Assembly: GCA_013153105.1 (NCBI GenBank)
Contig: JAADFC010000023.1
Coordinates: forward strand, 1-41,206
DNA from: Thermoproteota archaeon
GTDB taxonomy: Archaea; Thermoproteota; Thermoprotei_A; Sulfolobales; Pyrodictiaceae
DNA length: 41,206 bases
Direction: 5' to 3'
This document shows positions 17,297 to 26,312 of the stretch, in pieces (within the stretch, counting starts at the first letter, position 1; every line of letters starts with the position of its first letter). The notes beneath the pieces are model-generated. The model did not search any database, was not told the origin of the DNA, and saw nothing but the letters and a program-made list of their open reading frames with translations. Position numbers and translations under genes: made by a program.

Positions 17297-18574
17297 ATGG
17301 GGGCTGCAATGCACTCTAGGCTCGGTGAGCGACGGCCTCCCCTCCACCGCTCCTGGCCGTTCGACGAGAAGCCGCTGCTCGTCTTCTGGGAGACTACCAA
17401 GGCGTGTATGCTGGCGTGCAAGCATTGTAGGGCCTCGGCCATACTGGAGCCGCTCCCCGGCGAGCTAAGCCACGAGGAGGCTTTGAAGCTCCTCGACGAC
17501 CTGGCGGGCTTCGGGAAGCCGCTGCCCATCCTAGTCTTCACGGGTGGCGACCCGCTGATGAGGAAGGATATATGGGACCTTGTATCCTACGCGAAGGGGC
17601 TGGGCTTTCGTGTAGCGCTGGCGCCGGCCGTCTCACCTCTCCTAAACAGGGATGCGATCAATAAGATGGTGAGGCTGGGCGTTGACGGTGTGAGCATAAG
17701 CCTCGACGGCGCCCGCCCGGAGACTCATGAGGGTATACGGGGGATACCGGGCGTCTACGAGAGGACGCTCAAGGCGATAAGGGAGCTTATAGACGCTGGT
17801 ATAAGGGTCCAGGTGAACACCACTGTTATGAGGGATAACGTGGAGGAGCTTGCAGACATGGTTAAGCTGCTCCGCGACCTAGGCGTTAGCACCTGGGAGG
17901 TCTTCTACCTCATAGTGGTCGGTAGGGCGCAGGAGAAGCTTGACCTCACCCCCTCCGAGTGGGAGGATGTGAGCCACTTCCTCTACGAGGCCTCCAAGTA
18001 TGGCTTGGTCGTGCGTACAACCGAGGGCCCCATGTTCCGCCGTGTAGCAGTAATGAGACGCCTCCTCGAGATCAACGGTATCAACCCCGACGAGGTGCTG
18101 AAGCCGGGGCCGCTCTATCGGAGGCTCGTCTCGAGGCTTAGGGAGCTGCTCGGCGAGCCTGAGGGCAGGCCGCTCGCCTCGACAACGGGTACGAGGGATG
18201 GTAAGGGCATCATATTCATAGGCTACGATGGCACGGTGTACCCGAGCGGCTTTATGACCTACCCGCTGGGCAACGTGAGGACCAGGAGTATAGTCGAGAT
18301 ATACCGTAGCCACCCGGTGCTCCGGAGGATACGCGCGGCCGAGTTCAAGGGCCGCTGTGGGGTGTGCGAGTTCCGCGACATCTGTGGCGGCAGCAGGGCA
18401 CGCGCCTACAGCAGGTTCCTCGACCCCCTAGCGGAGGACCCCGCCTGCCCCTACGAGCCCGGGAGCTTCATGAAGCTCGTGGAGAGCCTAGGGCTTGACC
18501 TCTCGAAGGCCGTGGAGGAAATTCACGGTCTGCGCAATGTCCTCCCCCTCGCCGCTACGCGCACCCAGAGGTAG
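17297..18574 (+). CDS. Radical SAM/SPASM protein, AhbC/AhbD (NirJ-like) family
   Basis: CX3CX2C motif (ACMLACKHC), GGDPL, and a SPASM-type C-terminal cluster CGVCEFRDICGGSRARAY. Adjacent to an AhbA/B-like gene. Confidence 0.8.
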   Translation: MGAAMHSRLGERRPPLHRSWPFDEKPLLVFWETTKACMLACKHCRASAILEPLPGELSHEEALKLLDDLAGFGKPLPILVFTGGDPLMRKDIWDLVSYAKGLGFRVALAPAVSPLLNRDAINKMVRLGVDGVSISLDGARPETHEGIRGIPGVYERTLKAIRELIDAGIRVQVNTTVMRDNVEELADMVKLLRDLGVSTWEVFYLIVVGRAQEKLDLTPSEWEDVSHFLYEASKYGLVVRTTEGPMFRRVAVMRRLLEINGINPDEVLKPGPLYRRLVSRLRELLGEPEGRPLASTTGTRDGKGIIFIGYDGTVYPSGFMTYPLGNVRTRSIVEIYRSHPVLRRIRAAEFKGRCGVCEFRDICGGSRARAYSRFLDPLAEDPACPYEPGSFMKLVESLGLDLSKAVEEIHGLRNVLPLAATRTQR

Positions 18575-18601
18575 GCGTCCCCTCGGCAGTATGTACGGGA
18601 G

Positions 18602-19621
18602 GTGGTGTCCCCCTTGGCTAGCGTTGAGATGGGCGCTCCGGCAGTCAAGCTTGAGCCTTCATGGCTTGTGGATGCGTTGATGCTGCTACAGTACGAGTTC
18701 CCCCTAGAGCGCGACCCCTTCACACCGGTAGCCGAGAGGGTCGGTGTCACTGTTGAGGAGCTGCTCGAGGGCCTCCGCAGGCTGCAGAGGGAGGGTATAC
18801 TGAAGCGGATAGGCTTCTACCTCAACTACCGCTCCGAGCGTAAGAAGGCGGCGTTGATAGCCCTCCACGTCTCCGACCCGGCTGCGGCCACGAGGTTCTT
18901 GGCCTCGAAGCTGGCGGTGACGCACAGCTATGTGAGGAGTCACCCCGTCTACAACCTCTGGGTTGTGGGCAAACACCGTGACCCGGATGAGATTGTCCGG
19001 GCGGCGGAGGAGGCTGCTGCAAGGTTTGGGGATGGACGCTGGGTGGTCCTCTGGGGGGTGCGGACCCACCGTCTCAGCGTCAAATACGACCTCTACCGCG
19101 GCGTTAGCAGGGCCGGCCCCTACGGGCGTGTGGAGCCCAACCCGCCGACGCCGGAGGAGCTGGGCTACAGCCTCGAGCTGGCCCGCAGCCTCCGTGTGCT
19201 CCCTCTCGAGCGCGACCCCTACAGCGCTCTCAGCCGGCGGCTCGGCATGAGCGGAGACAAGCTCTACGAAGCTGCTGTCGAGATGTTCAAGCACGGTGTG
19301 CTCGCCGACCCCGGCGCAGCCCTCGACGGGCACAGGCTGGGCTTTAGGTACAACGCCATGTTCACTCTCGCCCCGAGAGAGCCCGAGAGGCTGGGAGAGC
19401 TCTGCGGCTGGGTTGTCGAGAATGTCCCGGAGGCGACGCATGTAGTGGAGCGCAGCTCCACCCCGCCCGGCGCGTGGAGGCACCTCTGCTACTTCATGTT
19501 CCACGCTGTCGACGAGGCTCTGGCCGGCATAGCGCTTGAAAGGCTTAAGAGCTGTAGCCTCCTCGACGACGTGTTGATTATACCCAGCGTGGCAGACATG
19601 CTCCCCGGAGTCATAAGGTGA
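18602..19621 (+). CDS. Fused AhbA/AhbB-like siroheme decarboxylase (NirD/L/G/H family)
   Basis: Two tandem Lrp/AsnC-like modules, each opening with a LERDP motif (FPLERDPFTPVAERVGV and LPLERDPYSALSRRLGM). Confidence 0.75.
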   Translation: MVSPLASVEMGAPAVKLEPSWLVDALMLLQYEFPLERDPFTPVAERVGVTVEELLEGLRRLQREGILKRIGFYLNYRSERKKAALIALHVSDPAAATRFLASKLAVTHSYVRSHPVYNLWVVGKHRDPDEIVRAAEEAAARFGDGRWVVLWGVRTHRLSVKYDLYRGVSRAGPYGRVEPNPPTPEELGYSLELARSLRVLPLERDPYSALSRRLGMSGDKLYEAAVEMFKHGVLADPGAALDGHRLGFRYNAMFTLAPREPERLGELCGWVVENVPEATHVVERSSTPPGAWRHLCYFMFHAVDEALAGIALERLKSCSLLDDVLIIPSVADMLPGVIR

Positions 19622-19643
19622 ACAAGTCATTTTCACATGTAGA

Positions 19644-19650
19644 ATATTTA
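19644..19650 (+). promoter_or_regulatory. TATA-like ATATTTA in an AT-rich 60-nt gap
   Basis: Lies about 32 nt upstream of GTG 19682. GGGAGG directly precedes that start. Confidence 0.45.
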
Positions 19651-19681
19651 CAATCCCCTAGGCGGAAACCGCGAATGGGAG

Positions 19682-20881
19682 GTGTATCCTGCATTGATAC
19701 CCGTATCCGTGATGGTTACCGGGAAGGGTACGGTTTCAGCGAGGATAAAGGGCCACTATAACGCGCGCCGCCCGCCCAGGTTCTCTGAGCTGCTCCGCCC
19801 CATAGTCTTCTGGAACATAACCTACCAGTGCAACCTACGCTGCGCGCACTGCTACATAAACGCCCTTGCCAGAAGGAGCCCGCGCGAGCTGACGACCGAG
19901 GAGGCTGTGGCCCTAGCCGAGGAGATGGCGGAGATAGGCATCCCACTCGTCATATTCAGCGGGGGCGAGCCACTGATACGCAAGGACTTCTGGGAGATAG
20001 TCGAGCCCCTCGCGGGGAAGCCGCGTCCGAAGCTCTCACTGAGCACAAACGGTACCCTGATAACTAGGGAGGTAGCCGAGAAGCTGGCCTCGTACGGGTT
20101 CATGTACGTTGGCATATCGATAGACAGCATTAAGCCGGAGTGGCACGACAAGTTCCGCGGCGTTCCAGGCGCTTTCGCCGCAGCCATACGGGGTATAAAG
20201 AACAGCATAGAGGCGGGCCTCGATGTAGGCATAAGGACCACCATAACCAGGTACAACGTCACCGAGGTGCCGGCTATACTCAAGTGGGCCTATGACAACG
20301 GTATACGGAGGGTCTCCCTCTACATCCTCGACACTGTGGGCCGTGGTACTGGGATAAAGGAGTGGCTGCCGAGCCACGAGCAGCTGCGCTGGCTCGCTGA
20401 CACGCTCATAGAGGAGGCCAGGAAGTATGCGGGTGCCCTCGAGATACTCGTTGTCCGCGGGCAGTTCATCGGGTTCTACATAGCCGACAAGCTTGCAAAG
20501 AGCAATGAGGAGTTCATGGATTATATAAAGCTCATAGACGCCCAGGGCAACTGCGGCCGTAAGAGTATAAGCATCTACCCCGACGGCACGGTGAAGCCCT
20601 GCCAGTTCATAGACTGGGTCTCACTGGGCAACGTCCGGGAGAAGAAGCTGCGTGACATACTGCGCCCCGACAACCCTGCCCTGCAGCCGTTCCTGGAGAT
20701 AGAGAAGCATCTCCGCGGCCCGCGCTGCGGCAGCTGCCCCTTCCGCAGGATATGCGGTGGCGGCAGCCGCGGCCGAGCCCTCGAGGTCTACGGCGACCCC
20801 TGGGGAGACGACCCGCTCTGCTTCATAGACCCGTTCCGGTTGGCGGAGAAGAGGGGCATCAACCCCTCGACCGTCCTCTAG
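19682..20881 (+). CDS. Radical SAM/SPASM protein, AhbC/AhbD (NirJ-like) family
   Basis: CNLRCAHC, FSGGEPL, and C-terminal CGSCPFRRICGGGSRGRA. An alternative start is ATG 19712. Confidence 0.8.
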   Translation: MYPALIPVSVMVTGKGTVSARIKGHYNARRPPRFSELLRPIVFWNITYQCNLRCAHCYINALARRSPRELTTEEAVALAEEMAEIGIPLVIFSGGEPLIRKDFWEIVEPLAGKPRPKLSLSTNGTLITREVAEKLASYGFMYVGISIDSIKPEWHDKFRGVPGAFAAAIRGIKNSIEAGLDVGIRTTITRYNVTEVPAILKWAYDNGIRRVSLYILDTVGRGTGIKEWLPSHEQLRWLADTLIEEARKYAGALEILVVRGQFIGFYIADKLAKSNEEFMDYIKLIDAQGNCGRKSISIYPDGTVKPCQFIDWVSLGNVREKKLRDILRPDNPALQPFLEIEKHLRGPRCGSCPFRRICGGGSRGRALEVYGDPWGDDPLCFIDPFRLAEKRGINPSTVL

Positions 20882-21650
20882 CAGCGAATGTTTTACACTC
20901 TTCAAGCTTCCAGGGCGCCCTCGCCCGGGCCAGCTCCGCGAGCAGCGGTATCTCGCTTAGCTTCTCGCAGGGGAGCAGCTCCCAGAGGATACCCGGCGGC
21001 CGGGGCTCCCGGTCCGGGAAGCGGAGCAGCCGCGTGGGTGTGGCGGCGTAGTCCAGGGTTACGTCGTAGGGGTCGCGGGGAAGCTCGGGAACCAGTTGGA
21101 CGTCGTGGATGGTGGTGGCTATGGGTGTATCCTCGCCGACCAGGCCCAGCTCGCGGAGGACGGCATACTCTATCTCAGCGTAGCCTTCGCCCTTGCCTAT
21201 CCTCCTACCCCGCCTGTCCACAGCTACAGAGCCTGTGACTATGAAGTCTATAGGGCCGATAGTCCTAAGCTCGTCCAGTGATACCCGCCTGCCGAGAGCG
21301 AAGGCGCCCCGTATCGTTGCAGCCTTCTCGTAGAACTGCGGCGGTATCCGCCTAGGGTCCAGAAGGAGGAAGCCCTCCCGGAGCCTAGGGGTGGCCATTA
21401 CGAGAATCTTGCCCTGCCGGAGGGCGGCTAGCCTAAGGGGGCGCTGTGGGGCGTCTGGGTTAGCCTTCACTATACGCGCCCGCCTCCACTCAGGTAGCCC
21501 GATTATACGCGCTGCAGCCTCAGCGGCTCCGACGAAGTTGGGTATCCGCCCATAGACCGGCCGGGGGAAAGCCGCCACCCCACGCTCCTCCATGAGCCTC
21601 CATATCATCTCCCTTATCTCCTGCTTACGCTTCTCGCCCAAGGTCCTCAT
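20859..21650 (-). CDS. 5-formyltetrahydrofolate cyclo-ligase family protein
   Basis: IPNFVGAEAAA.., IDFIVTGSVAVDRRGRRIGKGEGYAEIEY. Its 3' end overlaps the convergent gene by 23 nt. Confidence 0.65.
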   Translation of the reverse strand: MRTLGEKRKQEIREMIWRLMEERGVAAFPRPVYGRIPNFVGAAEAAARIIGLPEWRRARIVKANPDAPQRPLRLAALRQGKILVMATPRLREGFLLLDPRRIPPQFYEKAATIRGAFALGRRVSLDELRTIGPIDFIVTGSVAVDRRGRRIGKGEGYAEIEYAVLRELGLVGEDTPIATTIHDVQLVPELPRDPYDVTLDYAATPTRLLRFPDREPRPPGILWELLPCEKLSEIPLLAELARARAPWKLEECKTFAARGRSRG

Positions 21651-22345
21651 CCAAGGCTCGACAAGAGCTTCTCGAGCCTTTCAACACTGCGCTCAAGAGT
21701 TTCAATCTGGGCCTCGATCCTGGCGCGGTATAGGAGCAGCCTCGCGGCCGCCCGCAGCCCCCACGGCCCCTGCCGCGCCAGGCGGCTCCTCTTCAGCATC
21801 TCAACCAGAGGCTGCAGCTCCTTAACGCTAACCCCCAGCCTCCTGGCGGCGTCGTAGACTGTGGGCTCCTCGGCTAGAGCCTTAAGGGCCTCTATATCCG
21901 AGGGTTTGGGCCTGAACGCCCTGTCCAAAAGCAGCTGAAGAATGTCTACAATAACTTCGGCAGCCGCGGCCTCCACAATGTGTTCAAGCTCTTCCGCGTC
22001 GATGAGAAACACGTCCTCTAGCTCGATAACCTTTACCCCCAGCTTCTCAGCTAGTTTAGCCGCTGCGTCATCTGCGAAGCCCTTGCATACTACAAGCGGC
22101 CTATACCCTAGCACCTTGGCGTTCACGTAGGCCTGCCTTACGCCGTTCACGTCGAGACGCCCCGCCTTTACCTCAACGGCGTACATCTCTCCGTCCGGCC
22201 CCTCGGCTACGAAGTCCACCTCGGCCACTTCAACGCCATCGATAACTATTTTCACATGATCACGGACAACGCGGAACCCCCTCTCCTCCAGGACCCTCAC
22301 AGCTACCCGCTCGCTGGCCAGCCACCTCCTCCTACCTCGGCCCAC
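21647..22345 (-). CDS. Hjc-like PD-(D/E)XK nuclease domain fused to a C-terminal HTH-like domain
   Basis: LEERGFRVVR..EVDFVAEGPDGEMYAVEVKAG gives D-x14-E-V-K. The C-terminal segment is VYDAARRLGVSVKELQPLVEMLKR. GTG start, with a 4-nt overlap with the downstream gene. Confidence 0.6.
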   Translation of the reverse strand: MGRGRRRWLASERVAVRVLEERGFRVVRDHVKIVIDGVEVAEVDFVAEGPDGEMYAVEVKAGRLDVNGVRQAYVNAKVLGYRPLVVCKGFADDAAAKLAEKLGVKVIELEDVFLIDAEELEHIVEAAAAEVIVDILQLLLDRAFRPKPSDIEALKALAEEPTVYDAARRLGVSVKELQPLVEMLKRSRLARQGPWGLRAAARLLLYRARIEAQIETLERSVERLEKLLSSLG

Positions 22346-22476
22346 GCTCGAACACCCCTAGGGCTAGCCTAGGAACTCCTCAAGCCCCTCAATCCCTCCC
22401 GGGCGTCTACCATTAATCGCCGCGGCGGCCGCGCCGCAGCCGCCGCGGGAAGGGAAGCGGGTAGGGTGAGGCAGCC

Positions 22477-23439
22477 GTGGCAGGCCGGGAGGAACTGCTC
22501 CGCGAACCCGTGAGAGACGTTGAAGCCGCTGAGGATATGAGCGTACGCGACCTAATCCGCATGTACGGCGACATACACGGCTTCATGGCGGGCCACCTGT
22601 ACCGGGCCGTCAGGCTTCTCGAGAGATGCATAGCCGAGGCTGACCTGCGGCTGCTCTCCTTCACAGCCAACCTCGTCGCCACGGGGCTGCGCGGCCTCTT
22701 CGCCCAGCTTATCCGCGAGAAGGTGTTCAACCTGGTGGTGACCACCTGCGGCACAATAGACCATGATATAGCCCGGGGCAGCGGCGGCCGCTACTACAAG
22801 GGGTTCTTCGAGGTTGATGACAGGATGCTAAGGGAGTTAGACATACACAGGCTTGGAAACATATACATCCCCGTCGAAGACTATGGGCCCCGCGTCGAGA
22901 AGACCGTCTACCGTGTGCTAGACGAGCTGGACCGGGGGAGGAGCTGGGGCGTCTACGAGATACTATGGGAGGTAGGCAGGAGAATCCAGGACAGCCATAG
23001 CATACTAAGGGCAGCCTACGAGGCGCAGGTGCCGATAATAGTTCCAGGCTACCTGGACGGCGCGTTCGGCACAGCCCTATTCACGTACTCCCAGACGCAC
23101 CGTGACCTCCGGATAGACCCGTTTAAGGATGAGTCTGTGATGGCGGACCGGTTCTTCGAGGCGAGGAAGGCTCTTGGATTGATAATTGGCGGGGGCATAA
23201 GCAAGCACCATAGCATATGGTGGGCACAGTTTAGGGAGGGATTCGACTGTGTAGTGTATGTAACGACGGCAGTGGAGTACGATGGGAGCCTTAGCGGCGC
23301 GCATCCACGCGAGGCCATAAGCTGGGGTAAGGTGAAGCCGGAGGCTGAGAGTATAGTAGTCTACGCGGATGCGACGCTGGTGCTGCCCCTGATGGCGCCG
23401 TTCCTCCTCTCGGCCCGGCGTTCTAGCGGGAGTCGCTGA
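22477..23439 (+). CDS. dys: Deoxyhypusine synthase
   Basis: VVTTCGTIDHDI, GGGISKHH, AISWGKV. GTG start. Confidence 0.9.
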   Translation: MAGREELLREPVRDVEAAEDMSVRDLIRMYGDIHGFMAGHLYRAVRLLERCIAEADLRLLSFTANLVATGLRGLFAQLIREKVFNLVVTTCGTIDHDIARGSGGRYYKGFFEVDDRMLRELDIHRLGNIYIPVEDYGPRVEKTVYRVLDELDRGRSWGVYEILWEVGRRIQDSHSILRAAYEAQVPIIVPGYLDGAFGTALFTYSQTHRDLRIDPFKDESVMADRFFEARKALGLIIGGGISKHHSIWWAQFREGFDCVVYVTTAVEYDGSLSGAHPREAISWGKVKPEAESIVVYADATLVLPLMAPFLLSARRSSGSR

Positions 23440-23947
23440 CGCCGCGGATGTAGAGGTAGAGGGTCCTCTGCATCCCGGAGACGACGTGTTTCTCAACGTG
23501 CACCGGGGTCCAGCCCGCCACGGGGAAGTCCAGCGTCACGACCCTGGCTCCAGGGCGCAGCTCCCTCTCCAGCTTAGGCCGGAGGGCGGCGTTGACCCTG
23601 CTGAGCAGGTACATGTAGACTACATCGGCGTCTGAGAGGTCTACATCGAAGAAGCTCTTGTTGACGAGCACGACACGCTCAGCGACGCCAGCCTCCTCAG
23701 CAGCCTCGCGGGCCTTCTCTATAAGGTCCCTCCTTATCTCCACACAGTAGGCCAGGGCTCCACGCTTGGCGGCCTCTATAGCCACCCTGCCGTCGCCGCA
23801 GCCCAGGTCGTAGAAGCGCAGCCCCGGGCCGACCCGTGCAAGCCTCATGATATGCGGTATAAGCCGGCGCCTCGTAGGGACCCAGGGTACGTCATAGCTT
23901 CCGAGGAGTGTCAACGGTATAGCGGCGAAGAAGCCAGCCACGCTCAA
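23423..23947 (-). CDS. Small class I SAM methyltransferase resembling crenarchaeal protein-lysine methyltransferase aKMT
   Basis: VPWVPT.., FYDLGCGDGRVAIEAAK, FFDVDLSDADVVYMYLL..VNAALRPKLERELRPGARVV and TLYLYIRG closely follow the Sulfolobus aKMT pattern as I remember it. TTG start is uncertain. Confidence 0.65.
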   Translation of the reverse strand: MSVAGFFAAIPLTLLGSYDVPWVPTRRRLIPHIMRLARVGPGLRFYDLGCGDGRVAIEAAKRGALAYCVEIRRDLIEKAREAAEEAGVAERVVLVNKSFFDVDLSDADVVYMYLLSRVNAALRPKLERELRPGARVVTLDFPVAGWTPVHVEKHVVSGMQRTLYLYIRGVSDSR

Positions 23948-24157
23948 GGGGTTTCACCCCGCGCTGTCGTCCTCTCGGGCCGCCGGGCTCCGTGTAGGCA
24001 TCTTCCCGGTACAGCGCATAAACGTCATGGTAAAACGTGATGACCCCGCCGGTGCCCCACAGGCTGCCCCTGGGCGGGGGGTTCAGCGGAGGAGGTTGCT
24101 GGGCTTTTGCAGTCCTGCGAGCCTGGAGAGTGGAGGCGCCTGCTCGAGGAGGCGGGG

Positions 24158-25399
24158 ATGGAGGATAGGGAGGCCCTGGAGAGGGCTAGGCTCTGCTTTG
24201 TCGAGGAGCACTTCTCTCTCGATGTGGCTGAGGCTTCTCAGTGGATTCGCGAGCTGCGCACCCTGATGGGTCTGGTTGTTGACCGCCTCTCTGCGAAGGG
24301 TGTGCTTCTCCCCAAGGAGATGCGGAGCTTCATAGAGGACCCTCTAAGGCATCTTGTGAAGAAGCTGTTCATCTATGCGCACGACGTTGTGCGGCGTCGT
24401 ATAAGTGTCGAGGAGTTTGAGCGCGTTGCGGCAGCGGCGGCGCGGACGAGCCTTAGGACCAACATGCGCAGCGTGTACGAGGCCTGGGTTCTCCTCGCGT
24501 TGTTGAGCCTGCTCACGGAGAGGGGCCGCGCGGAGATAGTCTACCCGGAGCATAGGTTCATATTGATAGAGCGGACGGGCCGCCAGAGGGGAGGCCGGAT
24601 ACCGCCCAATATAGTCTTGCGGCTGGGCGGCCGGGGGCTTCTCAGCTTCTACCTTGAGGCGCCGAGGCCCATATCGTGGGGCGACAGCAGCGACCTTGCG
24701 AGGGCGTGGAAGCTGTACATAGCCCTGCGTCCGGACATGATGATCTATAGCGGGCTCGTGGAGAACATGGTTGACCTTGAGAGCGACCCTCCGATAAGGA
24801 GGCCCGACTTCATAGTGGAGGTAAAGGAGCTTGGAGACTGGTATACCCGCGCCAGGGAGGTACGCGGCCCCTTCGCCAAGCGGATGACCGCAGAGGAGTG
24901 GCGGAACCGCTGGCTGCGCGGCCTCTGGGCAGGCTTGGCTGATGTTCTCGGTGTCTCCTCGCCGGAGAGCGCCTACGAGGAGGCGGCTAAGCGTAAGCGG
25001 GGCCTCAGGCTGACGGAGCCCCAGATAGTGAAGCTCTACGCGCGCATATACAAGCCGCGCCGGCTCTACCTAGTGTCGAGGATGCCCGTGCCGGAGAATG
25101 TTGCAGCCGAGCTGGAGGGCTACGGGGTAACCGTAGTGGATGGCGTAGGCTTCAGCGTGGAGGCCCTGGAGCCCCTGGCCAGGGAGCTTGCGTCGGCTGC
25201 GAGCTTCCGCGGTGCGCAGCGCGCCCCCCTCTACATTGACGCGGGGCTCCTCGCCAGGCTGGAGCAGGTGGCGTCCCAGCGTGGCCTGCGTGTGGAGGAG
25301 CTTGCGGAGGCGCTGCTAAAGGCCCTCGTCTCGGACCAAAGTCTTGTCGAGAAGCTGTTGGGGAGGGTTGAGAGGGAGGGGGGAAGCAGTGTGGGCTAA
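24158..25399 (+). CDS. Hypothetical protein with a PD-(D/E)XK-like motif and a C-terminal ribbon-helix-helix-like tail
   Basis: 413 aa from ATG 24158 (the ORF is open from TTG 24107). ALRPDMMIY..(27 residues)..FIVEVKE fits D-x27-E-x-K. The C-terminal PLYIDAGLLARLEQVASQRGLRVEELAEALLKAL has an RHH-like strand-helix-helix pattern. Confidence 0.6.
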   Translation: MEDREALERARLCFVEEHFSLDVAEASQWIRELRTLMGLVVDRLSAKGVLLPKEMRSFIEDPLRHLVKKLFIYAHDVVRRRISVEEFERVAAAAARTSLRTNMRSVYEAWVLLALLSLLTERGRAEIVYPEHRFILIERTGRQRGGRIPPNIVLRLGGRGLLSFYLEAPRPISWGDSSDLARAWKLYIALRPDMMIYSGLVENMVDLESDPPIRRPDFIVEVKELGDWYTRAREVRGPFAKRMTAEEWRNRWLRGLWAGLADVLGVSSPESAYEEAAKRKRGLRLTEPQIVKLYARIYKPRRLYLVSRMPVPENVAAELEGYGVTVVDGVGFSVEALEPLARELASAASFRGAQRAPLYIDAGLLARLEQVASQRGLRVEELAEALLKALVSDQSLVEKLLGRVEREGGSSVG

Positions 25400-25445
25400 C
25401 CCTCTTCTAAGGCCGGCCCCGCCGGGTGGAGGCGACATGTGAAGG

Positions 25446-26312
25446 TTGAGGCGGCCGGGCTTGGAGGGCGGCGGGGGTCGCTGCCTCAGCGGCAGCCTCT
25501 GGCGGAGCGTGATAAGCCACATAGAGGCTGTGACATGGTCCTATACGAGGGCCGCAAGGATACTCTCGCTAGGCTATGCTCCGAGGATACGCTTTGAGGC
25601 GTTGTCCAGGGTCTCCCCGCCGCCGGGTGCGGTGTTCGTCGATGTGGGCAGCGGGCCGGGCGACTCGGTAGATGCTATCCTAGTGTACAAGCCCAGCTAC
25701 ATAGTGTGTATAGACCCCTCGGAGAGCCTTCTAGGCTGCTGTCGGCGTAGGATGCGTCGCTCAGCGGCCCTGCTCGAACCGGTTGTCGCGGTGGCGGAGC
25801 ACCTGCCGCTACGCGACGGCGCCGCCGACGTGGCGACAAGCTTCTACGCCGTACGCGACTACCGTCAGCTGAGGCCGGGGCTGCTCGAGCTGTTGAGGGT
25901 CGCTTCCCGCGTGGCGGTAGGCGACATATTCCTCCCCCGGGGCCGGCTCGCGAGGCTGCTGGTAAGGTTCTGGGTCTGCCGCGTGGCGCCGGCGCTGGCG
26001 AAGCTGCTACGGCTGGGCGACGGCTACCGCGGCATCTGCCCCACGCTCCAAGGCTGGGTGAGCGTTGAAGAGCTTAGGTCCACGCTTAGCCTCCTCGCCG
26101 GCGGCTCGGCGGAGGTGGAGTCGAGAAGCTTCCTGTTGGGTGGCCTGGGCTATGTCGTTGCGCGTGGTTGTAGCGTTGACGGGTGCGAGTGGGATACCCT
26201 ACGGCCTCCGGGCCGCAGAGGTGTTGGCGGAGAAGGGGCTCTTGGAGGCAATACTCTATACGCGGTCAGCAGAGAAGGTAGCAGAGCTAGAGCATGGGAT
26301 AAGACTGTCTGA
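25446..26312 (+). CDS. Class I SAM-dependent methyltransferase (UbiE/type-11-like)
   Basis: Motif I VFVDVGSGPGDS, then LPLRDGAADVATSFYAVRDY. TTG start is uncertain. The last 161 nt overlap ubiX out of frame. Confidence 0.6.
   Translation: MRRPGLEGGGGRCLSGSLWRSVISHIEAVTWSYTRAARILSLGYAPRIRFEALSRVSPPPGAVFVDVGSGPGDSVDAILVYKPSYIVCIDPSESLLGCCRRRMRRSAALLEPVVAVAEHLPLRDGAADVATSFYAVRDYRQLRPGLLELLRVASRVAVGDIFLPRGRLARLLVRFWVCRVAPALAKLLRLGDGYRGICPTLQGWVSVEELRSTLSLLAGGSAEVESRSFLLGGLGYVVARGCSVDGCEWDTLRPPGRRGVGGEGALGGNTLYAVSREGSRARAWDKTV

Noticed and set aside
24037-24043. C-box-like GTGATGA in the gap upstream of the PD-(D/E)XK-like gene.
   Set aside because: There is no CTGA D box or C'/D' elements within 40-80 nt downstream on that strand.
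23423-26312. A restriction-modification-like reading of the methyltransferase / nuclease-like / methyltransferase arrangement.
   Set aside because: Neither methyltransferase has DNA-methylase catalytic motifs (no DPPY/NPPY or PCQ). One resembles the protein-lysine methyltransferase aKMT, and the other is UbiE-like and linked to ubiX. Gene orientations do not suggest a single unit.
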